Positions 9,269-19,655 of a stretch of DNA of 64,000 bases are shown in pieces. The stretch comes from an uncultured Candidatus Micrarchaeota archaeon (GTDB lineage: Archaea; Micrarchaeota; Micrarchaeia; Anstonellales; Bilamarchaeaceae), in NCBI GenBank assembly GCA_963800555.1, contig CAWDBH010000006.1, positions 5,851 through 69,850 of the forward strand. Reading direction: 5' to 3'. A model generated the notes under the pieces. It did not search any database, was not told where the DNA came from, and saw only the letters and a program-made list of their open reading frames with translations. Position 1 is the first letter of the stretch, and each line of letters opens with the position of its first letter. The translations under genes were made by a program, and so were the position numbers.

Positions 9269-10953
9269 AATTCTGCGTGGCATTCATACTGATCCTGCTT
9301 ATCGGAGCCGTGGCGGCGAAGTCGTACACCATACCGAGCGCCAACCTGGACTACACCATCAACAGCGACGGGACGGTCACTGTCGTGGACACGGTGACGT
9401 ACGATCTGTCCGGGAGCTTCACGCAATTATACCTGGACCTGCCTCCCAACCTGCAGATAACCGACGCGGGCGGATCCTGCGGGCAGACGCAATGCACCTT
9501 CTCCACCCAGATGTACAACGGTTACCAGGAGCTCGACCTCAACGGCAATTACATGGACGAAGTCGTGACCGGGGTGTTCACATACACAGTGCAGGGCCAG
9601 GTGCTGGAGCAGGAGGACACCGCGCAGTTCTTCTATCAGCTGTGGGGCGACCAGTGGGACCAGGGAGTAGGCAATTTGAAAGCTACCGTGCACCTGCCGG
9701 GCGATGCGAGCAGCACGACCTTCTTCATCCACCCTGGAACCCTAGATATAGCGAATCAATCCCAAGGCCAGGAAATTGATCTCTCATCCAACGCATACCC
9801 GGCCAAGACATACCTGGAGATAAACCTCCTCATGCCCAAGGAATGGTTCACGAACATGACTCCTGCTAGCAATTACATGTCGAAGCAGGATATAATCGAC
9901 GGAGAAGTGACCTACCTGCAGAACGAGAGGGATTCGCAGGGTCTGTTCTTGATGCTGATAGTGCTTCTGGGAGCCTTATTCCCGGTGCTGTTCATCGCAT
10001 TATACATCATGTTCGGCAGGGAGAAATCGTTGGCAGCGCTGAATTACCTGGCCGAGTATGAAAGAGACCCACCGGCGGGAATCTCACCTGCGGAGGCAGC
10101 ATATCTGGTGGAGATCAGGGATGATCCGAATTCTGTATCCGCCGAGCTCCTCATGCTGGCGCATGATGGCTACCTCACCATGGAGGAGAAAGAGGTTCCC
10201 GCGGGTGGCATAAGCTCGTTGCTCGGGGGGAAGAAAAAAGCGTTGTCGTTCAAGGCGACCGAGAAGGCCCCGGAGAACCTGAGAATATACCAGACCATCC
10301 TTCTGGATTTCATCAGGCACAGCCCCGGAGGGGAATTCTCCACAGCCGATTTCAATAGATTCGAATACAGGTACATTATCACCAGCATGCTATTGGGGTT
10401 CATGATGGGGGTGAAGAACCTGTTCAAGCAGGACAACTATTTCGTAAACACGGGCAACACGATTATGTCCTCGTTCTCCGGATTGATCTGTTTGATTTCG
10501 TTTGTAGTCGTTTTACTTGTGAATGGATCGGGCACCATCTTCTGGGGGTTCATACTGCTCATCATCGAATCGTTCATCTTCCTCTTCATCACGAACGCGA
10601 AGCCGCAGATACTCGGGCGGTGGACCGATGAAGGGCGGATTGCCGAGGCGAAATGCAAGAACTTCAAGAAATTTCTCAATGATTATACCTTATTGAAAGA
10701 CAAATCGGTCAAGGATATCGCGGTGTGGGAGGTCTACCTGATCTACGCGACCGCATTCGGGATATCGGATAAGGTCGTGAAGGCGATAAAGGTGGCGATG
10801 CCGGATTACGATACGAACCGGTCCATGTTCTACCGGAGCGCGATCTATATCCCGGTCATGTCGATGGCCATGCGCTCATACACATCCGGAGGAGGCGGCG
10901 GGGGCTTCGGTGGCGGCGGAGGAGGCGGAGGCGGCGGTGGCGGAGCGAGATGA
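9265..10953 (+). CDS. DUF2207 membrane protein
   Basis: Follows lemA; WEVYLIYATAFG motif and Gly-rich C-terminal tail. Confidence 0.88.
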   Translation: MKFCVAFILILLIGAVAAKSYTIPSANLDYTINSDGTVTVVDTVTYDLSGSFTQLYLDLPPNLQITDAGGSCGQTQCTFSTQMYNGYQELDLNGNYMDEVVTGVFTYTVQGQVLEQEDTAQFFYQLWGDQWDQGVGNLKATVHLPGDASSTTFFIHPGTLDIANQSQGQEIDLSSNAYPAKTYLEINLLMPKEWFTNMTPASNYMSKQDIIDGEVTYLQNERDSQGLFLMLIVLLGALFPVLFIALYIMFGREKSLAALNYLAEYERDPPAGISPAEAAYLVEIRDDPNSVSAELLMLAHDGYLTMEEKEVPAGGISSLLGGKKKALSFKATEKAPENLRIYQTILLDFIRHSPGGEFSTADFNRFEYRYIITSMLLGFMMGVKNLFKQDNYFVNTGNTIMSSFSGLICLISFVVVLLVNGSGTIFWGFILLIIESFIFLFITNAKPQILGRWTDEGRIAEAKCKNFKKFLNDYTLLKDKSVKDIAVWEVYLIYATAFGISDKVVKAIKVAMPDYDTNRSMFYRSAIYIPVMSMAMRSYTSGGGGGGFGGGGGGGGGGGGAR

Positions 10954-10982
10954 TTTAAATATCTCTCATAGGATGAGATAGC

Positions 10983-11948
10983 ATGGCAATCATCGAGATC
11001 AACAAATTGACCAAGCACTTCGGCCACATCAAGGCTGTTGAAGGCGTCAGCCTCGAGATAGAGGATGGCGAGGTGTTCGGTTTCCTTGGTCCCAACGGCG
11101 CTGGGAAGACCACAACGATAAAGATGCTCGCGACTTTACTCGCGCCGACCTCCGGCACGGCGACCGTGAACGGCTTCGACATCATGAAGCAGCCCTCCAA
11201 GGTGAGGGAGAGCATCGGCATAGTCTTCCAGGAACCAAGCACCGATGAGCTGCTCACCGGCAAGGAGAACCTGAAGCTGCACGCGCTGATATACAACATC
11301 CCGTCCATCGATGCGGAGAAGAGGATCAACGACGCGCTCGAGCTCGTGGAGCTCACCGAGCGCAAGGACGACCTGGTGAAGACGTACTCCGGCGGGATGC
11401 GCAGGAGGCTGGAGATCGCGCGTGGATTGCTTCACAGGCCGAAAGTCATGTATCTCGACGAGCCGACGCTGGGCCTGGACCCCCGCGGCAGGGAGACCAT
11501 GTGGAAATACGTGAAGCGCCTCGTGAAGGAGGAGCACATGACGATCCTGCTAACCACCCACTACATGGCGGAGGCGGACGAGCTCGCGGACAGGATATGC
11601 ATAATCGACCAGGGGAAGGCCGGAGCGATAGACACCCCGGACAACCTGAAGAAGCTGGTCGGCGGGGACATAATCACGATCACGGCTGATTCCCCGGCCA
11701 TAGCCAAGATAAAGGACCTCAAGTTCGTGAAGGGCGTGGAGCAGAAGGACGGGGAGTACCTCATCACCGTGGATGATGCGGCGGCGCATCTACAGGAGCT
11801 CCTCAAGAAGCTCGGCAAGGTAGAATGCGTAGAGGTGAGGAGCCCGACGTTAGACGACGTCTTCATGAAATTCACGGGGCGCGGGCTCGAGCAGGCCGAA
11901 GGCGGCTGGTTCGACAAAATAGTGAACGAGGAAGTGAACAAGTCATGA
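10983..11948 (+). CDS. ABC exporter ATP-binding subunit (DrrA-like)
   Basis: GPNGAGKT, YSGGMRRR, LDEPTLGLD. Confidence 0.95.
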   Translation: MAIIEINKLTKHFGHIKAVEGVSLEIEDGEVFGFLGPNGAGKTTTIKMLATLLAPTSGTATVNGFDIMKQPSKVRESIGIVFQEPSTDELLTGKENLKLHALIYNIPSIDAEKRINDALELVELTERKDDLVKTYSGGMRRRLEIARGLLHRPKVMYLDEPTLGLDPRGRETMWKYVKRLVKEEHMTILLTTHYMAEADELADRICIIDQGKAGAIDTPDNLKKLVGGDIITITADSPAIAKIKDLKFVKGVEQKDGEYLITVDDAAAHLQELLKKLGKVECVEVRSPTLDDVFMKFTGRGLEQAEGGWFDKIVNEEVNKS

Positions 11949-12715
11949 CGCTCATCGACACGTTGACCCGGGATGTGAAGGGCATATACGCCATATGGTG
12001 GCGCGAGACCACGGTATTCATGCGCGAGACGCCCAGGGCGGTCTCGGCAGTGATAAGCCCCATAATCTGGCTCGTGGTCTTCGGAGCGGGCCTCGGCGCG
12101 AGCCTCAACATACAGGGCATCAATTACCAGAGCTTCATATTCGGCGGCGTGCTCGTCCAGACGTTCCTCTTCTCATCGTTGTTCTACGGGGCTTACCTCG
12201 TATGGGACAGGAAGATAGACCTGCTCAAGGCTATCCTCGTATCGCCGCTCAACCGTGAATCGATATTCCTCGGCAAGGTGCTCGGAGGGGTGACGATCTC
12301 GGTCCTGGAAGCGATCATAGTCCTCATCGTAGGATATTTCCTCGGCATCCAGTACACCGCAATCATGATAGTCTCGGTGCTGGCCGTCGTGCTCTTCGCA
12401 TCCGCAGGGCTCACGGCATTAGGGCTCGCGGTGGGGAGCCTGATGGAATCGCCCGAAGGCTTCCAGCTCCTTTCAAGCCTCGTCCTGTTCCCGCTGTTCT
12501 TCCTGTCCGGAGCGCTTTTCCCGGTGAGCAACCTCACAGGGCCGTTAGGCCTGCTCGCGACGGTCAATCCCGTGACGTATATCGTGGATCTGATCCGCTT
12601 CATCTTAACTGGTGTCCATTACATAGCTCCGGCCACCGACGCGGCTGTCGTGGTGCTGTTCATAATAGTGGCGAACATCGTAGGTATGGTCACATTCGCA
12701 CAGATGAAATCGTGA
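11945..12715 (+). CDS. ABC-2 type permease (DrrB-like)
   Basis: 6 TM, FFLSGALFP, NPVTYIVD; ATG 11945 overlaps the upstream stop. Confidence 0.92.
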   Translation: MTLIDTLTRDVKGIYAIWWRETTVFMRETPRAVSAVISPIIWLVVFGAGLGASLNIQGINYQSFIFGGVLVQTFLFSSLFYGAYLVWDRKIDLLKAILVSPLNRESIFLGKVLGGVTISVLEAIIVLIVGYFLGIQYTAIMIVSVLAVVLFASAGLTALGLAVGSLMESPEGFQLLSSLVLFPLFFLSGALFPVSNLTGPLGLLATVNPVTYIVDLIRFILTGVHYIAPATDAAVVVLFIIVANIVGMVTFAQMKS

Positions 12716-12752
12716 TCCATTTGGGCTAGTAGCGCCCCCATTTAGAGCGCCG

Positions 12753-12772
12753 TCCGATGGATACCCATCGGA
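12753..12772. terminator. Perfect 8-bp hairpin between convergent genes
   Basis: TCCGATGG-ATAC-CCATCGGA. Confidence 0.35.
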
Positions 12773-12847
12773 TGAATTCGTGATGAACTTCGACGTGCTG
12801 GGCATATTGGCCGAAGCGGCCGTGAGCTATGGATAGCGCGACGCAGG

Positions 12848-13777
12848 TCATGGCACGATGATGGTGCCTGAACCGTTGCCGATGGTTCGGTCCGCATTCT
12901 CCAATGCGGTTATCACTGCATTTCTATGGGTGGACTCGACAAAACGCACCGCGGCCTCGATCTTGGGCTTCATGCTCCCGACCTCGAACTGATTGTCTGC
13001 TAGGTACGCTTTGCATTCTTCCACACCGACCCGGGTGAGCTTCCTCTGGCTCTTTTTCCGGTAATCCAGGAAGACGTGGTCAACATCCGTGAGTATCATG
13101 AACAGGTCGACCTTCAGCTCTCTCGCCAGCAGCGATGAAGCGAAATCCTTGTCGATCACCGCATCGGCCCCCTTCAGCGTGGATCTCTCTTTTATGACGG
13201 GCACTCCGCCGCCTCCTGCGCATATGACTACCTTGCCATCGGACATGAGCTTCCGTATGGTATCCAGCTCGAGGATCTCAAGGGGCATCGGGGATGGAAC
13301 CACCCGCCTGTACTTGCGGCCCTCCCGTATCAATGCCCATCCGAACACCTTCGCCAGCTTCTCAGCTTCGCGTTTCTGATAGAACGGCCCGACCGGCTTG
13401 GACGGGTTCTTGAAGTGCGGGTCGTCCTTGTCCACAATGGTCCGCGTGAGCACGCATGCGACATCCTTCCTGATACCGGCCTTGGACAGCTCGTTCGCCA
13501 TCTCCTGCTCTATCATATATCCGATCATGCCCTGGCTCTCCCCGCCGCACACATGCAGGGGCATCACAGGCAGGTGGGCCCTCGCGCTCTCGTAGCGCAG
13601 CAGGATGTCGCCCACCTGCGGTCCGTTGCCGTGGGTCAACACGACGTTATGGCCGCGCTTTATGATCTTCGTGATGTGCCTGGCGGTGTTCCTTATGTTC
13701 GATCGCTGCTCCTCGAACGTGCCTTTCTCGCTTTCCCGCAGTATCGCGTTCCCGCCCAATGCGATCAGGATGTTCAT
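12848..13777 (-). CDS. arcC: Carbamate kinase
   Basis: ALGGNA, THGNGPQVG, RRVVPSP, GGGGVPV, VIDKD, GSMKPK. Confidence 0.96.
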   Translation of the reverse strand: MNILIALGGNAILRESEKGTFEEQRSNIRNTARHITKIIKRGHNVVLTHGNGPQVGDILLRYESARAHLPVMPLHVCGGESQGMIGYMIEQEMANELSKAGIRKDVACVLTRTIVDKDDPHFKNPSKPVGPFYQKREAEKLAKVFGWALIREGRKYRRVVPSPMPLEILELDTIRKLMSDGKVVICAGGGGVPVIKERSTLKGADAVIDKDFASSLLARELKVDLFMILTDVDHVFLDYRKKSQRKLTRVGVEECKAYLADNQFEVGSMKPKIEAAVRFVESTHRNAVITALENADRTIGNGSGTIIVP

Positions 13778-13781
13778 GGCA

Positions 13782-14699
13782 TCACTTCATCAGCAGGTCA
13801 AGGATGGCTGCCGCCCCGTACAATTTGTTCTCCGCCTGCTGCCATACGACGGATTGCTTCCCTTCTATCACATCATCGGTTATCTCGAGGCCGCGATGGG
13901 CGGGCAGGCAGTGCATCACCACCGCGTCTTTCTTGGCCAGGCTGAGCAGCTTCGCGTTGATCTGGTAGCCCTTGAACGCTTTCATGCGCTTCTTCGCCTC
14001 TTTCTCTTCGCCCATGCTCACCCATACGTCCGTATAGAGCACATCCGCGCCGGCAGCCGCCTCTTTGGGGTCCGTGACGACCCTGAGCTTGGACCCTGTC
14101 CCCTTTGCGATCTCCTGGGCCTTTGATAGGATCGCCGCGTTGGGTTCGTAACCCTTCGGGCATGCGAAGGTCGCGTTCGCCCCCCCGCTCGCGGCCGCAA
14201 GCAGCAGGCTGTTGGCCACATTGTCCCCATCACCTATGTAGGCGATCTCTATCCCCTTCACCCTGCCTTTCGTCTCATATATGGTGAGCATGTCGGACAC
14301 GAGCTGCGTCGGATGCTCGAGATCGCTCAGCGCGTTTATCACGGGAATGCCGGAATAGCCGGAGAATTGCACCACCGTGTCATTGGCGAAGACGCGCGCC
14401 ACTATCGCATCCAGGTAGCCACCGAGCACCCGCGCGGTGTCCTTTATGGGTTCGCCCCGCTTCAGCTGGAGCTCGGCCTCCGCGAGATAGATCGGGGTTC
14501 CGCCGAGACGGATGATAGCTGCCTCGAACGAGGTCCTCGTGCGCGTCGAGGGCTTCTCGAAAAGGAGGCCGATTATCCTGTTGTCGAGCGAGCGCAGCTC
14601 CTGTCCGGCCTTTATCGAGAACTTCAGTTTTTTCGCCTGCTCCAGCAGCGGATAGAACCCTTCGACCGGGATGTCTGCGAACGATATTATGGAGTTCAT
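13782..14699 (-). CDS. argF: Ornithine carbamoyltransferase
   Basis: STRTR, HPTQ, DVWVSMG, HCLP motifs; likely ATG 14699 with GGTGA upstream. Confidence 0.93.
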   Translation of the reverse strand: MNSIISFADIPVEGFYPLLEQAKKLKFSIKAGQELRSLDNRIIGLLFEKPSTRTRTSFEAAIIRLGGTPIYLAEAELQLKRGEPIKDTARVLGGYLDAIVARVFANDTVVQFSGYSGIPVINALSDLEHPTQLVSDMLTIYETKGRVKGIEIAYIGDGDNVANSLLLAAASGGANATFACPKGYEPNAAILSKAQEIAKGTGSKLRVVTDPKEAAAGADVLYTDVWVSMGEEKEAKKRMKAFKGYQINAKLLSLAKKDAVVMHCLPAHRGLEITDDVIEGKQSVVWQQAENKLYGAAAILDLLMK

Positions 14700-15119
14700 T
14701 CGATCACCAACTGTCAATTCCCGGCACGATTTATATGTGTTAGGCCCGGGAAAACCCATATTTTCAAATATGGGATGAGAGGGCCGAATTTGTTCTCTCA
14801 GACGATATTCCCGCGGAAATCGAGGCGGACAGCGCGATCGCTCGGGAAGACACAAGACGGCGAGCGCAGGCTGGTCCTGCGCACGGCGGCTGGAAGAAGA
14901 AAAGCTGGCAACGCTAGCGTCCTTGGTGCGCCCCTTTTCTACGAATCCGTAGCTCCTAGAAGAATCGCTATCCTAGCGGTATCATTGATTTTTAATGGTT
15001 GCTAATGATAATACCTGAAATGGTGGGAATGATGCAAACTACGATGCGCAGCTCCAAATTCAGGAAGACGGTTGCCATGGTGACGTGCGCTGCCGCGCTC
15101 GTGTGCTGGAAGCCCCACT

Positions 15120-16469
15120 TCATCGATGCGATGATGCCACTATCCTATCAGCATCAAACAGCCAAACGTCATGGCTTTCCTTGATGTTAAAGCCTTTTTT
15201 GTTGAAGAAAATCCATTTGATTGGTTTTTTACTTTTCAGCGATTTTGCAGATTGCTTGAGATGTTCCAATTCTTTTTCGCCCTGCTTCTTTTCGGTCCAT
15301 TTACATTCTCCGATATAAAGTGCTTTGTCAGTTTCCACAATCAGATCGATCTCTCTTTGTTCGAACTTTCCCCTTTCTATTTCAACGCTTCCCCACCACA
15401 TACCGGTCTTTTCAATACGCTCACCTTTATTTTGTAAAAAACGACTTAAGTGATTCCTACAAAGGAACTCGAACCGTTTACCAAGAAATGCGTTTAACTG
15501 GCCTTTATCTGGCATCTGTTCTTTCCCATAGACAAAACTGAACCAAAATGCCAGTAGATTATCTCTTATGACATATACGCCCTTCTTGCTCCGGTACTGG
15601 TTTTGATCAAATGGCACCACCCGTTCTATCAGCTTGAAATCATTCTGCAAGGCCATGATGTATTTTGATAGTGTGGTCTGCTGGATGCCCATTTTATTGG
15701 CGATCTCGCCAGTTGACACTAGGCCATAACCGATTGCTTCCAATATCGAAAAGTACTTTTTGTAAGCCGATCCGAATTCCTGCCTTAGGATATCCTGGCC
15801 TTCTTCGTGCAATTGCCCAGTATCGAAAAACAGCCCTTCAATGGACGGAGCGCCTTCGTACCTCTCTAGAAGTTCGTAATAATAAGGAATCCCGCCAAAA
15901 ACGCAATAATCGGCTATTTTTTGTTCTGAAGATTCGGTACTAATGTCACCCAGGATATGCCAAACCACATCCGGACTTAGCGGATTCAATATGAGTTTGA
16001 AGGTTGCCCGATTGAACAACGGGGCCTTTTGTCTTGTAAAAATCTTATCCATCATACTGACATAAGATCCGGATAGGATGAGCACCTTGTTTGTCTTCTC
16101 TTTATATAACTCCCAAATCCTCTGCAGCTCATAAGGTACCGACGGATTAATCTCAAGAAAATTGGGGAATTCATCGATATACAAAACTCTCTCCTTGGAT
16201 TTCATAAAGAAATATTCAAACGCCTCTTTTATAGTATTAAATGACGGCTTGTAGTCTTCTGCCAAAACATCGGCTAGATCCTTTGCTGCTTGCTTTTCCT
16301 CTTTGGGGACAACTATTACCTTCAGGCCTTTGTTTTTTTTCAAGAATTCGTCAACCAGTCTGCTCTTACCAACTCTTCTCCGCCCGCTTATTATTACCAT
16401 CGCCGAACGTTGTTGCAGTACTGCTTGTTGCAGCAGCTCCAACTCCTTTTCCCGGTTGTAGAACTTCAT
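15120..16469 (-). CDS. Archaeal AAA ATPase - wHTH - DUF234/PD-(D/E)XK nuclease protein
   Basis: FYNREKEL, GRRRVGKS, IDEF, GGIPYY, EIDL...GECKW; visibly AT-rich. Confidence 0.9.
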   Translation of the reverse strand: MKFYNREKELELLQQAVLQQRSAMVIISGRRRVGKSRLVDEFLKKNKGLKVIVVPKEEKQAAKDLADVLAEDYKPSFNTIKEAFEYFFMKSKERVLYIDEFPNFLEINPSVPYELQRIWELYKEKTNKVLILSGSYVSMMDKIFTRQKAPLFNRATFKLILNPLSPDVVWHILGDISTESSEQKIADYCVFGGIPYYYELLERYEGAPSIEGLFFDTGQLHEEGQDILRQEFGSAYKKYFSILEAIGYGLVSTGEIANKMGIQQTTLSKYIMALQNDFKLIERVVPFDQNQYRSKKGVYVIRDNLLAFWFSFVYGKEQMPDKGQLNAFLGKRFEFLCRNHLSRFLQNKGERIEKTGMWWGSVEIERGKFEQREIDLIVETDKALYIGECKWTEKKQGEKELEHLKQSAKSLKSKKPIKWIFFNKKGFNIKESHDVWLFDADRIVASSHR

Positions 16470-16804
16470 CTTATCCACTCACAGGATTATCCTATGGTAG
16501 GATAACTATTTAAATATTACACTTTCCAGGATTCCCAGGGCACTTCGGCAATAATTTATTTGCCGTTATCGACGCCAGGATAAATGTCCATTCTTTGGGG
16601 TTGTTTTGGTTGTGAAAGTAAATCCCAGATGTAGAAATATTTCGGGAGCTGGCAAGAACGGCGTACTGTTCTTGGCTGTCGCGAACGGAGTGCCGTTCGC
16701 TCCATGGCAGAAAGCAAATGGATCTCTCCCCCTGAATCGCTACTATTTTGCTCTGACGGCAATCTCCGGCTTTAACGAAAACCCGCTAAAAAATTGAAAA
16801 AAAT

Positions 16805-18010
16805 TTACTTCTTGCCCTTCATCGATTTGGAGACGAACCCGATTATCCTTCTGACCACGATTATCGCCAGTATAATGACTATGATGGCGAACACGTACCA
16901 GTAGCTCACCAGCGTGTCGATGATCGTGAGGCTCTTCACTGTCATCGGGTAATACTCTGTGTCAGTGAACGAGTTCCCCTGCGGGTCCTGATAATCCATC
17001 ACCAGGCCGGATATCTGCTGGCCCGCGGTGGCATCCTTGTCCACATGGATCAGGTAAGTCAAGTTCTGGGATTGCCCCGGGGCGAGGTCTTCGATGTACC
17101 GCTCCGTGCCGTCCGTGCTGAACGGGTAGATCGGGCTTATCCGTACCCGGACCTTCTTCGCGTCCTGGGTCCCTGTGTTCGTGAGGGTTATCTGGACCTC
17201 GAAATCGCTGCCTGCGGCCAGGGTCGTTCCGTCTGTGTAGCTGGCGACGAAATCGGCTTTGTCCTTGAGCGGCATCGTGAATGTGAAATCCTGCGTGGCC
17301 GAAGGCGTGTTGTCCCCCGTGTACTGCAGCTCCGCGGATATCGGGTAATCTCCGGAGCTGGCGTTCTTCAGCGCTTCCACGGTGAATGTCACGGGGGCGC
17401 TGCCATGCGCCGGTATCTCTCCGATGTCCTGGCTCTCGCCCGCCCATTTGATCTCCAGTCCTGGAGGTGCGCTGAAAGTCACGTGGCCGGATTGGATCTT
17501 GCCGGTCCCGTTGTTCTGGAACATCACCGTCACCGTGCCGGTGTCGCCAGGGTAGAGGTCGACGGGGTTCGAGGATGCCACCGATGCGGACACGGACGGC
17601 GTACCGAGCACGACGATGTTTATCGTGTTGGAGCTGGAGAACTTGTCGAAGTCCTTCTGGTAATTGGTCACGACCGTGATGGGGTAGGTGCCTGATTGCG
17701 CGAGGGAATCCACCGGTATGACGAAAGACGCCGTGAGGGGCGCGTCCCCGAGGCATAGCGAATCATAGTATTGCGTGTCCAGCCCGCTCACCGAGAGCGG
17801 ATAGGACGTCATGGATTGCACCGAGATGGTGTCGGCGCATGCGCCGAACTCGATGTTCCTCAGATAGACCGTCAGGATGACGGTATCGCCCGGGTTCGAC
17901 GGGTTCTCGCTCAGCGTGTAATTGTATATCTCGAGCTGAGGGTCCACTGCCGCGAATACGACGGCTGATAATATCAGCATCACCAAAAGACTATACACCA
18001 GTTTCATCAT
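16805..18010 (-). CDS. COG1361 S-layer-domain / Ig-like membrane-anchored protein
   Basis: Signal peptide, three Ig-like units, C-terminal TM; paralog-like to 4398-5873. Confidence 0.8.
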   Translation of the reverse strand: MMKLVYSLLVMLILSAVVFAAVDPQLEIYNYTLSENPSNPGDTVILTVYLRNIEFGACADTISVQSMTSYPLSVSGLDTQYYDSLCLGDAPLTASFVIPVDSLAQSGTYPITVVTNYQKDFDKFSSSNTINIVVLGTPSVSASVASSNPVDLYPGDTGTVTVMFQNNGTGKIQSGHVTFSAPPGLEIKWAGESQDIGEIPAHGSAPVTFTVEALKNASSGDYPISAELQYTGDNTPSATQDFTFTMPLKDKADFVASYTDGTTLAAGSDFEVQITLTNTGTQDAKKVRVRISPIYPFSTDGTERYIEDLAPGQSQNLTYLIHVDKDATAGQQISGLVMDYQDPQGNSFTDTEYYPMTVKSLTIIDTLVSYWYVFAIIVIILAIIVVRRIIGFVSKSMKGKK

Positions 18011-18020
18011 TGACACCTTC

Positions 18021-19655
18021 TCATATAAGTTCGCGTTTGAATAGCATGACGCTCAGCGCCAGCGTGAATATAGCGAATACTGCAAGGAATATGACGTCCG
18101 GCATGACCATGGAGATCGTGAACCCCTTGATCATGATGCCGCGGAGGGCGTCCGACGCGTACGTTATCGGGAGGACCTTCGTTACCGCCTGGAGCGCTGG
18201 CGGCATGGTCTCCACCGGGATGAAGACCCCAGCCAGGAACATGCTCGGCATCGTGATGATGGCCGCCGTCGCCTGGTACTGCTCCTGGGATTTGGTCAGC
18301 ACCGAGAGCACCATGCCGATGCCTGTTGCGCCTGACGCGTATATCAGTATGAGGATGAAGATGTCGAGTAAGCTGCCCTTGATCGTCACTCCGAATACGA
18401 GCACCGCCGCGAACACGATCAGGCTCGAGCGGATGGTCTCGAATATCATATAGAACGCAAGGGTCCCCGCGATTATGGTCGTGTTGGAAGTCGGCGTGAG
18501 GAAGACCCTCGTGAGCGATCCGTCCTGCCGCTCTCCTGCTATCGCGCGGCCCATGCCCATGGAGGCGCCCTGGAACACTATCAATGCGAGGATGCTCGGT
18601 ATCAGGAAATCCAGACCCGGCCTGCCGAAACCGTAAGGCTCGATCTGCACGAACTGGATGGCCTGAGAGGGTATGCTCTGCGCGGCCGAGGCGATCTGGC
18701 CTGTCTGAGCTCCGGCCGAAGCTATTATGTTCGCCGAGACCGCGTCGGTCTGCGCGGCCGAGATCGCCTGCGCGTAGATCTCCCTGGAGGATGCGTACAT
18801 CTCCGTGGCGTCCAGAGTCATCTTGTCGGCGGTACCCTGCATGCCGTCATACACCGAGATCTGGTTCAGCGTCGGCTGCTGCGCATCGCTGGCAGTCATG
18901 GCCGCGTAGAAGCCCCAGGGGGTGGAGATGTTGTTCTCGTACTCCCAGACCAGCTCGTTCGGGTCGAATATCTCCCCGAGCGTGTTCTTCATGGCCTCTG
19001 TCGTGGAGGATACCATGCCCCTGGTCTGCGCGTCAGTGTACCTGATATCCATGTAATTGGTGCCTATGCTTTCCATCGCCGATTCGCTGCCGGATGTATC
19101 TGGCAAGGGCCGCTCCGCCGCGCCGAGCTGCTGGCTGAGCGATTGCATCTGCTGCGCCATCGTGGCTATCCTCTGCGTTGTGAACTCCGTGGAAAGCTGC
19201 TGGATGAACGCCTCGGTGGATGAGATGGTGATCTGAGCCACGCTCGGGTCGGATTCATCCACTATCGCGGATATCTTGGCGGTCTTGCCCGCCTTGATAT
19301 CGCTCTCGAATCCCTGAGGGATGATGAATAGTATCTTGATCTGCCCGCTCTCGATCATGGCCTTCCCTTCGTCCTGGGTGCCGACTATCTTGGTTATGGC
19401 GAAAAGCTGGTTGCCGTTCAGCTCGTTGATGACCATGTGGGATGTCTGGGTGTTGTCATAATCGGCTATGGCGGCCGCGGTATGCTTCGGGATCTCTCCT
19501 GATGTGTATCCGAAGATGAGGATCATGATCAGCGGGAAGAACAGCATCATGATGAGCCTGGTGTTATCGGCCCGCAGCACCATCCAGTTCTTCTTGATGA
19601 TGGCGTATATCTTTCCAAGATCGAAGAGCTTCTCCACGTCGCCGTTGTTCGCCAT
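18021..19655 (-). CDS. ABC-2 permease with a large extracellular helical insertion
   Basis: N-terminal TM, long Ala/Gln/Ser-rich insert, ERQDGSL..VFLTP, FLAGVFIP, LPITYASDALR. Confidence 0.88.
   Translation of the reverse strand: MANNGDVEKLFDLGKIYAIIKKNWMVLRADNTRLIMMLFFPLIMILIFGYTSGEIPKHTAAAIADYDNTQTSHMVINELNGNQLFAITKIVGTQDEGKAMIESGQIKILFIIPQGFESDIKAGKTAKISAIVDESDPSVAQITISSTEAFIQQLSTEFTTQRIATMAQQMQSLSQQLGAAERPLPDTSGSESAMESIGTNYMDIRYTDAQTRGMVSSTTEAMKNTLGEIFDPNELVWEYENNISTPWGFYAAMTASDAQQPTLNQISVYDGMQGTADKMTLDATEMYASSREIYAQAISAAQTDAVSANIIASAGAQTGQIASAAQSIPSQAIQFVQIEPYGFGRPGLDFLIPSILALIVFQGASMGMGRAIAGERQDGSLTRVFLTPTSNTTIIAGTLAFYMIFETIRSSLIVFAAVLVFGVTIKGSLLDIFILILIYASGATGIGMVLSVLTKSQEQYQATAAIITMPSMFLAGVFIPVETMPPALQAVTKVLPITYASDALRGIMIKGFTISMVMPDVIFLAVFAIFTLALSVMLFKRELI

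Noticed and set aside
10887-10950. GGC/GGA repeat as a contingency locus
   Set aside because: Encodes the normal poly-Gly tail of DUF2207 proteins
14700-14855. N-terminal extension of OTC, and likewise 55288-55395 and 61165-61236
   Set aside because: The extensions cover promoter/TATA sequence; better starts lie downstream
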